Assembly: GCA_963793265.1 (NCBI GenBank)
Contig: CAWBZI010000007.1
Span: forward strand, 160,001-224,000
Length of the DNA stretch: 64,000 nt
From: an uncultured cyanobacterium
GTDB lineage: Bacteria > Cyanobacteriota > Cyanobacteriia > Phormidesmidales > Phormidesmidaceae
Direction of reading: 5' to 3'
Shown here: positions 9,518-19,305 of the stretch, in pieces
Position numbering within the stretch: the first letter of the stretch is position 1
How the letters are laid out: each line of letters starts with the position of its first letter
The notes under the pieces: model-generated
Told to the model about the DNA's origin: nothing
The model's input: only the letters and a program-made list of their open reading frames with translations
Databases searched by the model: none
Position numbers and translations under genes: made by a program

Positions 9518-11158
9518 ATGCTTGAAAGTATTATCTGGATTTTGCTAGTCGGTTTCTTCGCTGGGCAAATTGCCAGAAGGCTAAAAGCACCACCTTTGGT
9601 CGGCATGGTGTTAGTCGGCATTGTACTGGGCCCTCAGTTCACTAATGTGATCAGCGAGGGCGTACTAGGTGCAGCAGACGGACTCAGAACCATCGCGGTG
9701 ATGGTGATTTTGATGAAGGCCGGGCTGGGGCTAGACCGCGAAAAGCTCACTCAGCAGGGAACGGTAGCGCTGCGGTTGGGGTTTTTGCCGGGGGCTTGCG
9801 AGGCGGTTGTTGTTGCGATCGCATCTATCTGGCTACTCAACTTCGACTGGCCCACCGGCCTACTCCTCGGCAGCATTATCGGCGCAGAATCTCCGGCTGT
9901 GATCGTGCCCGGAATGCTGAGGCTCAAAAGTTTGGGCTGGGGCGTAAAAAAAGGAATTCCCGACGCAATCCTGACCGGCAGTGCCCTTTCAGATGTGCTG
10001 CTGCTGCTTGTATTTAGCCTGCTACTGGCTTTTCTCTCGCAAGATTCGCAGGCTGCTTTTACATTTCCAGGCGGTATTACCATCAGTCCTGTCTTGTTGT
10101 TGCCGGTTCAGGTCATCTCTCAGATCGCAATAGGCATTCTTTTAGGCTGGGTAATTGCTCGGCTGCTGGTGGTCATACTCGCTGGGCAAAAGTGGACTCA
10201 AAGCGTTGTGCAAGACACGCTAGTTGCCGCAGGGCTGGCGCTTTTGTTAGTTGTACTCGCTCAACATTTTCCAATCTTTTCCGGTTATCTAGCTGTGATG
10301 GCAACCGGCTTTTTCTTAATAGAATTCGATGCGCCGCTAGCTCGGCGGTTGCGCAATGGATTTAACGGGCTGTGGGCGATCGCGGAAATCATTCTATTCG
10401 TACTGCTGGGCGCGAGTATTCAGCTTGGCGTACTAGAAGAGACTGTTTGGGTAGGACTGCTGCTGCTGGCAATCGGGACTTTGATCGGGCGATCGCTTGG
10501 CTGGTATCTCTCAACGCTCGGGAGTAACTGGACACTTAGAGAAAAGCTGTTTCTCTTACCGGGAAACTCGGCAAAAGCCACCGTACAAGCAGCCATTGGC
10601 GCGGTGCCACTAGCTCAGGGAATTGCAGGTGGTGAGACAATTTTGGCACTTTCGGCACTCTCTATTTTAGTCACGGCCCCTTTAGGTGCCTGGGCAATTC
10701 CTACTTTTGCCCCTAAGCTATTAGCCAAAGGTGAGGTTGATCCAACAAAGGTTGCGACCGCTCAAAAAACAGTTCTCCTCGCCGCCATAAGCAACTCCCC
10801 TACTACAGCTCAGGTACTCACTAAAGCCGCAGAACTCGCTCGCCAGAGTGAAGGAGAAGTTGTCGTAGTACATGTCGCTCAGGCAGAAGATTCGCAGGCA
10901 GAGATTGAACGGCTCAAGACCCAATCTAAACAGCTACTTGCTGATATTCATCACCAGTTTGTACTATTGGGATACCCTATAGTTCAGCGGGCGGTAGCGC
11001 AAGAGAACAATATAGCCCAAGAAATAATCAGCAGCGCCCAGTTCTACAGCGCCACAGACATCATTATCGGCAAGCGCAGTAGTCTTCAAAGGTCGGTCGG
11101 CTCAGTCTCTAAGATTGTTGTAACAAGTAGTCCTTTGCCCACTATCGTCGTTGAGTAA
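9518..11158 (+). CDS. Cation:proton antiporter with a C-terminal universal stress protein (USP) domain
   Basis: About 12 TM helices; AESPAVIVP and AKATVQAAIG motifs; C-terminal IIIGKR...VGSVS...PLPTIVV. Start moved to ATG 9518 (MLESIIW), in frame with ORF 9353. Confidence 0.85.
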   Translation: MLESIIWILLVGFFAGQIARRLKAPPLVGMVLVGIVLGPQFTNVISEGVLGAADGLRTIAVMVILMKAGLGLDREKLTQQGTVALRLGFLPGACEAVVVAIASIWLLNFDWPTGLLLGSIIGAESPAVIVPGMLRLKSLGWGVKKGIPDAILTGSALSDVLLLLVFSLLLAFLSQDSQAAFTFPGGITISPVLLLPVQVISQIAIGILLGWVIARLLVVILAGQKWTQSVVQDTLVAAGLALLLVVLAQHFPIFSGYLAVMATGFFLIEFDAPLARRLRNGFNGLWAIAEIILFVLLGASIQLGVLEETVWVGLLLLAIGTLIGRSLGWYLSTLGSNWTLREKLFLLPGNSAKATVQAAIGAVPLAQGIAGGETILALSALSILVTAPLGAWAIPTFAPKLLAKGEVDPTKVATAQKTVLLAAISNSPTTAQVLTKAAELARQSEGEVVVVHVAQAEDSQAEIERLKTQSKQLLADIHHQFVLLGYPIVQRAVAQENNIAQEIISSAQFYSATDIIIGKRSSLQRSVGSVSKIVVTSSPLPTIVVE

Positions 11159-11171
11159 TCAAACAAGAGCG

Positions 11172-11798
11172 CTATCTAGAAGATTCTTTACTATTCACCC
11201 ACCACCGATATAGTAGCCAGCCTACAGCTAATACACCAGCTACGACCGCCACCCCGATACTCACCGGCCCTAGCACCACGGAAACTTTTTCATAACCATC
11301 TCTTAGCCAGTAGCCCGCCATCGTCAGCAGCGTAATCCACGCTAGCGATCCTATTGTTGAGTAGATTAGAAAGGGGAAAAACGGCATTTTTGTAACGCCT
11401 GCTGGCACCGAGATATAGGTGCGAATGCCCGGTACCATCCGCCCTAAGCCAACGGCCCAATAGCCGCCCTTGTTAGAAAACCACTTCTGTACAGCAACAA
11501 TCTCTTTACTAGAAATACCCAGCCATCTACCCTGGCTGTCGGCAAGCTCACAAATTCGCTTGAGCCCAAATGCTGAGCCAATGTAATACCAAACCAGCGC
11601 GCCAAGCACTGAGCCAATCGTGCCAGAAGCGATCGCACTCACCAAATTCATCTCCCCCCGCGCGGCAGCAAAGCCCGCCAAAGGCATAATCACCTCCGAA
11701 GGAATCGGCGGAATCACATTCTCTAACAGCATAAGCCCGCCAATTCCCCAGTAGCCGAAGAAGGCGATCGCGTCGGTAATTCTATCTAAAATATCCAA
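11172..11798 (-). CDS. DedA family membrane protein
   Basis: LENVIPPIPSEVIMPLAGF; GRMVPGIRTYISVPAG. Confidence 0.92.
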   Translation of the reverse strand: MDILDRITDAIAFFGYWGIGGLMLLENVIPPIPSEVIMPLAGFAAARGEMNLVSAIASGTIGSVLGALVWYYIGSAFGLKRICELADSQGRWLGISSKEIVAVQKWFSNKGGYWAVGLGRMVPGIRTYISVPAGVTKMPFFPFLIYSTIGSLAWITLLTMAGYWLRDGYEKVSVVLGPVSIGVAVVAGVLAVGWLLYRWWVNSKESSR

Positions 11799-11896
11799 AA
11801 CAGGCAGCAGGCGATAAGGTACCAGCAGTAGTTTCGCACTTCGCTGAGCCTGTGCCCTCTACCCGCCTATACATTTAACATCTATAGCGAACGTAG

Positions 11897-12196
11897 CTAC
11901 ATATCGTCGTGATTATGCTCTTCCATATTCATCTCCATAGATTCGCCATGGTTCATCAGCCCCATACTAGACGGCCCTGAAGCCATAACGCCCATCGAAA
12001 CCAGGCCAGCTGCGAGTACACCCATCGAAACCACGCCAGCGGAAAAAACGCCCATCGAAATTACGCCAATAGAAACAATGCCGTGAGAGATAATACCAAC
12101 GGAAACGATGCCATGGGCCGTGACCCCAACTGCAACGACGCCGTGAGCACCAAGACCAAAAGAGAAAAACTTTTTCCTTGACGGATGGGATGTCAT
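11897..12196 (-). CDS. Small Gly-rich repeat protein with a Met/His/acidic tail
   Basis: Gly recurring about every 5 residues (GVVAVGVTAHGIVSVGIISHG...); tail MNHGESMEMNMEEHNHDDM; AAGGA RBS-like sequence upstream. Confidence 0.65.
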   Translation of the reverse strand: MTSHPSRKKFFSFGLGAHGVVAVGVTAHGIVSVGIISHGIVSIGVISMGVFSAGVVSMGVLAAGLVSMGVMASGPSSMGLMNHGESMEMNMEEHNHDDM

Positions 12197-12267
12197 AGCT
12201 TAGTTCCTTCGTAATTCCCTAGAGGGGTATACAGAAGAAACTAACCTACGAAAGAGAGCCAGCCAAA

Positions 12268-12307
12268 TGACAGCCTGTCAACTGCAATCAGCTTTGACGG
12301 ACTGTCT
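12268..12307. promoter_or_regulatory. Pair of 13-bp dyad boxes in a divergent promoter region
   Basis: TGACAGCCTGTCA (12268-12280) and TGACGGACTGTCT (12295-12307). Confidence 0.45.
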
Positions 12308-12386
12308 GTTGACAACTTTTAAACGCAGAAAAGACACTTAGGCTTAACTCTCTTTTGCTCAGCTCTCTTTTAAAAGCGAGAAAACT

Positions 12387-13850
12387 ATGACTATCACGGA
12401 TGCTCACACAGCAAGTCGCCAGTCGTCTACCACCGAGTCACCGAATAACTACTTCTACCGAACCGTATGGCGCTGGCATTTTTATGCCGGTCTGTTTGTC
12501 ATTCCCTTTATGCTCGTACTGGGCATCACTGGCATTATCTACCTGTTTAAACCGCAGCTAGATAATGCCATGTATTACAATCTCATGTTCGTACAGCCGA
12601 GCGTTTCCGTGCTGCCCTATACACAACAAGTCCAGGCGGCCCAGCTAGCTTATCCAAGCGCAACGGTGACAAAATTCACGCCAGGCCCGGCAGCTAACCG
12701 CAGCGCTGAAGTTATCGTGACCACTGCTGAGGGTCGAGATTTAGCGGTATTTGTTGATCCTTATGCTGGTAAGGTGCTGGGCGATCGCGATGAAGCCAAT
12801 AATTTGCAGGCGATCGCCCGCAAAATCCACGGCGAACTGTTCATTGGCGACTGGGGTGACTACCTGATTGAACTAGCCGCCTGTTGGGCGCTCGTACTGC
12901 TAATCTCAGGCGCTTACCTGTGGCTTCCCCGCAGAAAAGTCTCCTTGGCAGGCACTTTAATCCCTCGCCTGTGGAGTAAAAATAAACGGATCTTCTGGCG
13001 AGACTTACACGCTGTTCCTGGCTTTTATGGCATGTTTCTCATCGGTTTCCTCATCCTAACAGGGCTACCCTGGACAGGCTTCTGGGGAGACACCTTTGCA
13101 CAAGTATGGGGCCGTTTTCCCGATAAGATGTGGGACAACGTACCTGAGTCCACGCTAGTATCAGGCTCACTTAATCAACGCGGCGACATTTTTGTGCCTT
13201 GGGCTGCTGAGCAAATGCCCATACCGCAGTCGCGACTTAGTAAGGGTGAATCGAGCAATTTCAGCAGCTCCTACACAGCAAAATTAGTAGCCGACCAGCA
13301 AAGCACTGCTGCGACCCTCTCACCTGTGTTTAACCAGATAGTTGCCCGAGCCATTAATGCAGGGGCACCACCTGGATTCAGCATTGCCTTTCCCTCAGAT
13401 AAAACGGGCGTATACACAGCCTCAGCTTTTCCAAACGATCCCAAGCAAGAAGTCACGATGCACATGGATCAGTACAGCGGTGAAATGCTCGCAAGCGTAG
13501 GCTGGAAAGACTATGGCCTGGTTCCTAAAGCAGTTGAGATGGGCATCTCTATCCACATGGGCAAATACTTCGGGCTGGCCAATCAGCTATTGATGCTGTT
13601 TGCCGCAGCCGTCACTATTTTGCTTTCTGTGACAGGGGCAGTGATGTGGTGGCGGCGGCGTCCGCAGGGCTCCGGCTTACTAGGCGCACCAGCGATGCCC
13701 CCTTACGTGCAGCATTGGAAAGTCCCGCTGGTGATTGTTGCCGTTTTAGGATTCATTTTCCCGCTGGTAGGGCTTTCTTTAGTGGTTGTTCTTCTGTTGG
13801 ACTATCTCTTAATTTCCCGTGTGCCTTTCCTAAGAAGGCTGTTGGGTTAG
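12387..13850 (+). CDS. PepSY-associated TM helix domain protein (PiuB-like)
   Basis: WRWHFYAGL, VFVDPYAGKVLG, IHGEL, RDLHAVPG, DQYSGE, IHMG motifs. Confidence 0.9.
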   Translation: MTITDAHTASRQSSTTESPNNYFYRTVWRWHFYAGLFVIPFMLVLGITGIIYLFKPQLDNAMYYNLMFVQPSVSVLPYTQQVQAAQLAYPSATVTKFTPGPAANRSAEVIVTTAEGRDLAVFVDPYAGKVLGDRDEANNLQAIARKIHGELFIGDWGDYLIELAACWALVLLISGAYLWLPRRKVSLAGTLIPRLWSKNKRIFWRDLHAVPGFYGMFLIGFLILTGLPWTGFWGDTFAQVWGRFPDKMWDNVPESTLVSGSLNQRGDIFVPWAAEQMPIPQSRLSKGESSNFSSSYTAKLVADQQSTAATLSPVFNQIVARAINAGAPPGFSIAFPSDKTGVYTASAFPNDPKQEVTMHMDQYSGEMLASVGWKDYGLVPKAVEMGISIHMGKYFGLANQLLMLFAAAVTILLSVTGAVMWWRRRPQGSGLLGAPAMPPYVQHWKVPLVIVAVLGFIFPLVGLSLVVVLLLDYLLISRVPFLRRLLG

Positions 13851-13882
13851 AAGAAAAGATAGCCTACATAATATTTAGCTGC

Positions 13883-15187
13883 TCAGTAGTGCTCTACCGA
13901 CCGCACAGGCTGCGGAATCACGGCATACAAAACAGCATATAAAATAGCTGCCGTCACAATCCCATTAACCGGGCCGATTCCCCAGTTTGCATTGCCAGTA
14001 AAGTAGGCCACCAAAGAGCCGACAACATAGGCAATAATGCCTGCCCAGTTAAAATCTGGCAGGCGAGAAGAGAGACTGGGGAAGTGACCCTTATGTCGCA
14101 GCCAAAAATCGACCATGATAATCCCCCCAACTGGCGGAATAATGGTGCCTAAAAATAGCAGGTAGGTGGGCAACAAACTGTAGATGCCAGATAGCGTAAG
14201 CGCCAGTGCGAAAGTCGCCCCGCCGAGAACAAACGCATGACGCTTGTGAGTGCGAAACATATTAGCTCCGGCCACCGAGAACGAATAGATCGTATTGTCC
14301 TGCGTTGTCCACACGTTCAAAATCAGCAAGATTACGCCGCCTGCCAAAATGCCCTGGCTGCTCATCGCCTTAATCAAATCTTCCGAGCCATACACCATCG
14401 AACAAAACGCGCCTGCAAACACCAACAGCCCGTTCACAAACAAAAAGGCGCTCAGTGTAGCCACAATCGCCTCTTTGCCCGAGCTAGCAAACCGGCTCCA
14501 GTTGGTCGCTTGCGTACCGCCAGAGATGAAAGAACCAATGATAATCGCCAGCGCTGCGCCAACGCCAAGCTCTCCAGTGGGGGCCGCGATCGCAGCGCTC
14601 CCATAGTCTCCGGCTGCTAAAACAAGACTGACCGTAACTAGAATGAGCATCGCAGGCACCGCTAGTCGGCTAAGCAAATCGATTGCCCGATAGCCAATAT
14701 AGGCGGTTGCGCAAAAGGCATAGTTAAAGAAAAGCACCAGCAGGACGAACAAAAGGCCGGTTGCAGGCGCACCGAATAGCTCTAGCAGCACTTGCACGAT
14801 CACCGCTGTGGTAAAGGCATACCAGCCGATTTGGGTGAACCCCAAAATAAAATCAACCCAGCGAGAGCCTGCATTGCCGAAGCTAAAGCGCGCCATTAAT
14901 ACGGTGGTTAATCCGCTCTTTGCCGCGATAAATCCTAATGCCGCGCAATACGCACCTAAGATTAAGTTGCCGCCTACAATAATAGCGATGAGCTGAGGAA
15001 AGCTAAAAGATGGGCCAATTGCGCCGCCCGCAAATAGTGTTGTAGAGGTTAACGCAAAGCCCATCAGCAATAGCGAGAGCGACCAAAAGGACTTGCGATC
15101 TGTCATCGGCACCGCGCTTAGCGGGTAATCTTCTGTTGCTGACTTTGCAGCAGGCGGCGCGACCGACGGTTTAGTAGATAAAGGCAT
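13883..15187 (-). CDS. codB: Cytosine/purine permease (NCS1 family)
   Basis: DYPLSAVP, GLTTVLMARFSFG, TQIGWY, GSFISGGT, NVWTTQDN. Confidence 0.8.
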   Translation of the reverse strand: MPLSTKPSVAPPAAKSATEDYPLSAVPMTDRKSFWSLSLLLMGFALTSTTLFAGGAIGPSFSFPQLIAIIVGGNLILGAYCAALGFIAAKSGLTTVLMARFSFGNAGSRWVDFILGFTQIGWYAFTTAVIVQVLLELFGAPATGLLFVLLVLFFNYAFCATAYIGYRAIDLLSRLAVPAMLILVTVSLVLAAGDYGSAAIAAPTGELGVGAALAIIIGSFISGGTQATNWSRFASSGKEAIVATLSAFLFVNGLLVFAGAFCSMVYGSEDLIKAMSSQGILAGGVILLILNVWTTQDNTIYSFSVAGANMFRTHKRHAFVLGGATFALALTLSGIYSLLPTYLLFLGTIIPPVGGIIMVDFWLRHKGHFPSLSSRLPDFNWAGIIAYVVGSLVAYFTGNANWGIGPVNGIVTAAILYAVLYAVIPQPVRSVEHY

Positions 15188-15252
15188 ACATCTAACCGAA
15201 CAATGTTTACTTTGACTTAATCTATTTTTAGGTGTGTTTAGTCACATAGATA

Positions 15253-15266
15253 GTATCTTTAGCTAC
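15253..15266. promoter_or_regulatory. Putative NtcA binding site
   Basis: GTA-TCTTTAGC-TAC matches GTA-N8-TAC and lies between divergent nitrogen-scavenging genes. Confidence 0.55.
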
Positions 15267-15310
15267 GGTCAAAAAAAGAACGCGATCCCGACCCCTCACC
15301 ATACTTAGCT

Positions 15311-16798
15311 ATGACACAGACTCCTTCGACCTCGCGATCGCCCCTCAGCTTTGCCGATCAGGACTTCTGGGCACTTCCCACCCCGATCCCCGACGCCGAA
15401 GCCCGTCTGCACTCCCTAGCCGCCGCCCTCTACTCAGACCTTGAAATTGTCAGCTATCCCGGACGTAACTGGGACTACAGCCGCGACCCCGCTATTTTAG
15501 AAGTGGCCATCTTAGGTGCAGGCCAGGCGGGAAAGTCAGCCGCCTTCGGCTTGCGGCAGCACGGCATCGGGCGCGTTCGCATTTTCGATCAGCGGCCAGC
15601 AGGCTACGAGGGCGTGTGGCGAACGTTTGCTCGCAATGCAAAGTTGCGATCACCCAAAAAAGTCACGGGTGGCCTCCACTGGGGCGTCCCTAACCTCAGC
15701 TTCCGCCGCTGGTGCGCTGCCCTCTATGGCGAAGACTACTGGCAAAAGATTCAATACATCCCCCGCCCGCTGTGGGCCGAATACCTGGACTGGCACGGCA
15801 AAGTCCTCGACTTACCGATTCAAAACGATACCGCGATTCAAGACATTACCTGGAATGACGCAGAGCAGTGTTTTTGGCTACAGGCAGAGCACCAGGGTCA
15901 GCGAGAACTATACAAAGCGCGATTCGTTATTTTTGCGACCGGCATGGCCTGTGCAGGCGGCAAAAATATTCCCAGCATTGTAAAAGAGAGTTTGCCTGAG
16001 CATTGCTACCATCACACGATGGACAGCATTGATTTTCCTAGCTTTAAGGGCAAACGAATTGTGATCGTAGGGGGAGGGGCAAGTGCTTTTGATAATGCTT
16101 TGTTGTTGTTGAAAGCAGGTGCCGCGTCTGTTGATCTTACTGTGAGGCGGTCGCACCTGCCAAACCTCAACAGAATCCGCTGGAGCGAATGGAACGGCTA
16201 CCACCGTCACTACATCGATCTATCCGACGCCGAAAAATGGGACTATACCCTATCAGAAGCCCGGCTCGGACAACTGCCGCCCGCTCACACCTACCAGCAG
16301 GCCATCAGCCATCCTCGCTTCACCATCCATACCGATGCGCCGCTCCAAAGCCTCAGCTACGACAACAAAGAGATTGTGAGTGTCTACGGTGAGTCCGGTT
16401 CATCCACTCGTACGTTTCATCACGACGCCCTTCTCTGCGGCACTGGTTTTATCACTAATCTCGATTATCAGCTAGAGCTACAAACGCTTTCTCCTTACAT
16501 TGCTCGGTGGCGCGATCGCTTCACCCCACCCGTCGGTGACGAACACAGCGAAATGAGTCAGTACCCATATCTCGGCAAAAGCCTCGAATTCACACCCAAA
16601 GACCCCGCGCACAGCTACCTTCAGCGCTGCTATTATCCTTCCTGTGGCGCTGCCATGCTCAGCGGCTATCGAGCAAACCTAACTGACTTAGAATTTGCCT
16701 TACCCCGAATCATCTATGACATCGGTCGGCAGCTATTCATAGAGCACCAAGACGATATCAAAGCTGACTTTGAAGCTTACGACAAGTTTGAGTATTAA
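15311..16798 (+). CDS. FAD/NAD(P)-dependent oxidoreductase (class B flavoprotein monooxygenase, HpyO-like)
   Basis: GAGQAG FAD motif, FATG, GGGASAFD NAD(P) motif, CGTGF. Confidence 0.75.
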   Translation: MTQTPSTSRSPLSFADQDFWALPTPIPDAEARLHSLAAALYSDLEIVSYPGRNWDYSRDPAILEVAILGAGQAGKSAAFGLRQHGIGRVRIFDQRPAGYEGVWRTFARNAKLRSPKKVTGGLHWGVPNLSFRRWCAALYGEDYWQKIQYIPRPLWAEYLDWHGKVLDLPIQNDTAIQDITWNDAEQCFWLQAEHQGQRELYKARFVIFATGMACAGGKNIPSIVKESLPEHCYHHTMDSIDFPSFKGKRIVIVGGGASAFDNALLLLKAGAASVDLTVRRSHLPNLNRIRWSEWNGYHRHYIDLSDAEKWDYTLSEARLGQLPPAHTYQQAISHPRFTIHTDAPLQSLSYDNKEIVSVYGESGSSTRTFHHDALLCGTGFITNLDYQLELQTLSPYIARWRDRFTPPVGDEHSEMSQYPYLGKSLEFTPKDPAHSYLQRCYYPSCGAAMLSGYRANLTDLEFALPRIIYDIGRQLFIEHQDDIKADFEAYDKFEY

Positions 16799-16806
16799 AG
16801 CAGGGT

Positions 16807-17034
16807 TTAAGCTTTCTTTTTGCCTAGCAAAAACCACCAAAGCTCTAATCCAACCAGCCCAGCGCCCGCAGCAGCAACGCCTACTTTAATAGCCAGTGGT
16901 TGCTCAATACGACGGAACTCACTGGCATCGGGTTCTGAGATTTGAGCTTTGGCAGGATGAGGGATACCTAGCAGTAGACCGACGCTGAGCAGACCGCCGA
17001 GCAGATACGTTCTCTTGAAAGATTTTAGTTTCAT
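16807..17034 (-). CDS. Small membrane protein downstream of the Cu-ATPase
   Basis: Signal-like N-terminus, FRRIEQPL, then TM ending GLELWWFL; directly follows the ATPase on the same strand. Confidence 0.65.
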   Translation of the reverse strand: MKLKSFKRTYLLGGLLSVGLLLGIPHPAKAQISEPDASEFRRIEQPLAIKVGVAAAGAGLVGLELWWFLLGKKKA

Positions 17035-19305
17035 AGATCCAACTGTATTGAAAGTTTGGCCGAACATCTAACGAACGCCTTTGGGCTGAAATTTTCTAAG
17101 CCGCAGCGCATTCGTTACAACAGAAACTGAGCTAAAGGCCATGGCCGCACCTGCAATCACAGGATTCAACAGCCAGCCGAAAATGGGATAGAGAATACCG
17201 GCTGCAATTGGAATACCGGCAACGTTGTAAATGAAGGCGAAAAAGAGATTCTGGCGAATATTTGCAATTGTGGCTTTGCTGAGCTGAATAGCGGTGACGA
17301 TGCCACGCAAGTCACCAGAGATTAGAGTGATGTCGCTAGCGGCGATCGCAACATCTGTCCCTGTCCCGATCGAAATCCCCACATCCGCCTGAGCCAGCGC
17401 AGGCGCATCATTAATGCCATCGCCCACCATTGCCACCTGCTTCCCTGGAGCTTCAGACTGCAATAGTTTAATCTGCGCGGCCTTTTGGTCAGGGCGAACT
17501 TCAGCAAACACTCGACGAATGCCGATTTCTTGTGCGATCGCCTCAGCCGTCTGCTGATTGTCCCCCGTCAGCATCACCACCTCTAACCCCATCTTCTGCA
17601 AAGCACCCACCGCTCGGGCAGACGTCCTCTTCAACGCATCAAAAATCCCCAGCAGCCCCTCAGCCTTACCATCCACAGCAATCCAGGCCGTTGTTTTAGC
17701 CGCCGATTCCCAAGCCCGCCGCTGAGACTGCAAAGCTTCAGTATCAACGCCCATACTCTGCATCCAGCGCTCAGTCCCAATCTGCACCAAACGACCGTTC
17801 ACAACGCCCTGAACCCCTCTACCCGTCACCGCATCAAAGCCTTTCGCACCCGTCATCTTCTGTTTGCTAATACCCTGCGACTCAGCATAGTTCACCACAG
17901 CTTCTGCCAGCGGATGCTCCGAGTTACGCTCTACAGCAGCGGCCATCTGCAACAGTTTTATCTCATTGCTATTAGCGCTACCTCTCACCGTCAGGTAGTC
18001 CGTAACCGTTGGCTTCCCCTCCGTCAAAGTCCCCGTCTTATCAACCACAACAACCTGTAGCTGATGGGCTCGCTCCAAACTCTCAGCATCTTTAATCAAA
18101 ATGCCATTCTCAGCGCCCTTACCCGTTCCCACCATAATCGAGGTAGGCGTCGCCAGGCCCAGTGCACAGGGACAGGCGATAATCAATACACCGACTGTCG
18201 TAAGCAGTGCTAGCGTCGTGTTGCCCGTGAGTATGAACCAAAGTACGAAGGTGAAAATAGCGATCGCAATCACAACCGGCACAAACCAACCCGTCACCTG
18301 ATCGGCCAGCTTCTGAATCGGAGCTTTAGACCCCTGTGCATCCTGCACAAGCTGAACAATCTGCGCCAGCACCGTATCCTTACCCACCCGTGACGCCCTC
18401 AGCCTAAAGCTCCCAGTCTTATTAATCGTTGCACCAATCACCTCCGCACCCGTGTCCTTCTTCACCGGCACCGGCTCGCCCGTCACCATCGATTCATCAA
18501 CCGTAGAGCGCCCTTTAATCACTTCACCGTCCACCAGAATCTTCTCACCCGGACGAACAACAACAACATCGCCCACAACGACATCTTCTATAGGCAAATC
18601 AATCTCATCGCCCTGCCGAACAACTCGCGCGGTGTTAGCCTGCAATCCCATAAGTTGCCGAATCGCATCTGAAGTCTGCCCCCGCGCCCGATTCTCCAAA
18701 TACCGGCCCAGCAGCAGCAGCGCGATAATCACAACAGCCGCTTCGTAATAGACCTCTGGCGCGAGCCCTTGGGCAATCAGTAAATTAGGAAACAGGGTCA
18801 CAAAAACAGAATAGAGATAGGCCGTGCCCGTGCCCAGTGCCACTAGAGTGTTCATGTTCGCGGCACGATACGTAAAGGCTTTAGCAGCCCCCATATAAAA
18901 AGACTGACCACACCAGAACAGAACAGGAGTAGCTAGGATGAGCTGTAGCCAGGAGTTGTGCAAAAACATCGGCCAGCCTGGAATATCTACCCCGAGCATC
19001 ACCGGCAAAGTTCCTAACACCAAAACAATGCCGATAACCCCGCTGACCAAAACCTTATTTAAGAGATCTCGCTGTTGAGCCTTGCGTTCTGCTTGCTCTT
19101 TCGCATCCGCTTCACCCGTGCTCAAACCCTCCCTGGCGCTGGCTTCATACCCAGCCGCTGCAACTGCTGCCTGAATTGATTCCAGGCTAGTACGCCTTTC
19201 ATCGTAATCAACCCTGGCCTGCTCCGCCGCAAAGTTAACCTGAACGCTACTCACGCCTGGCATGCATATTCACATGACTTCGGCAGGCATTCACACCTAA
19301 CTTCG

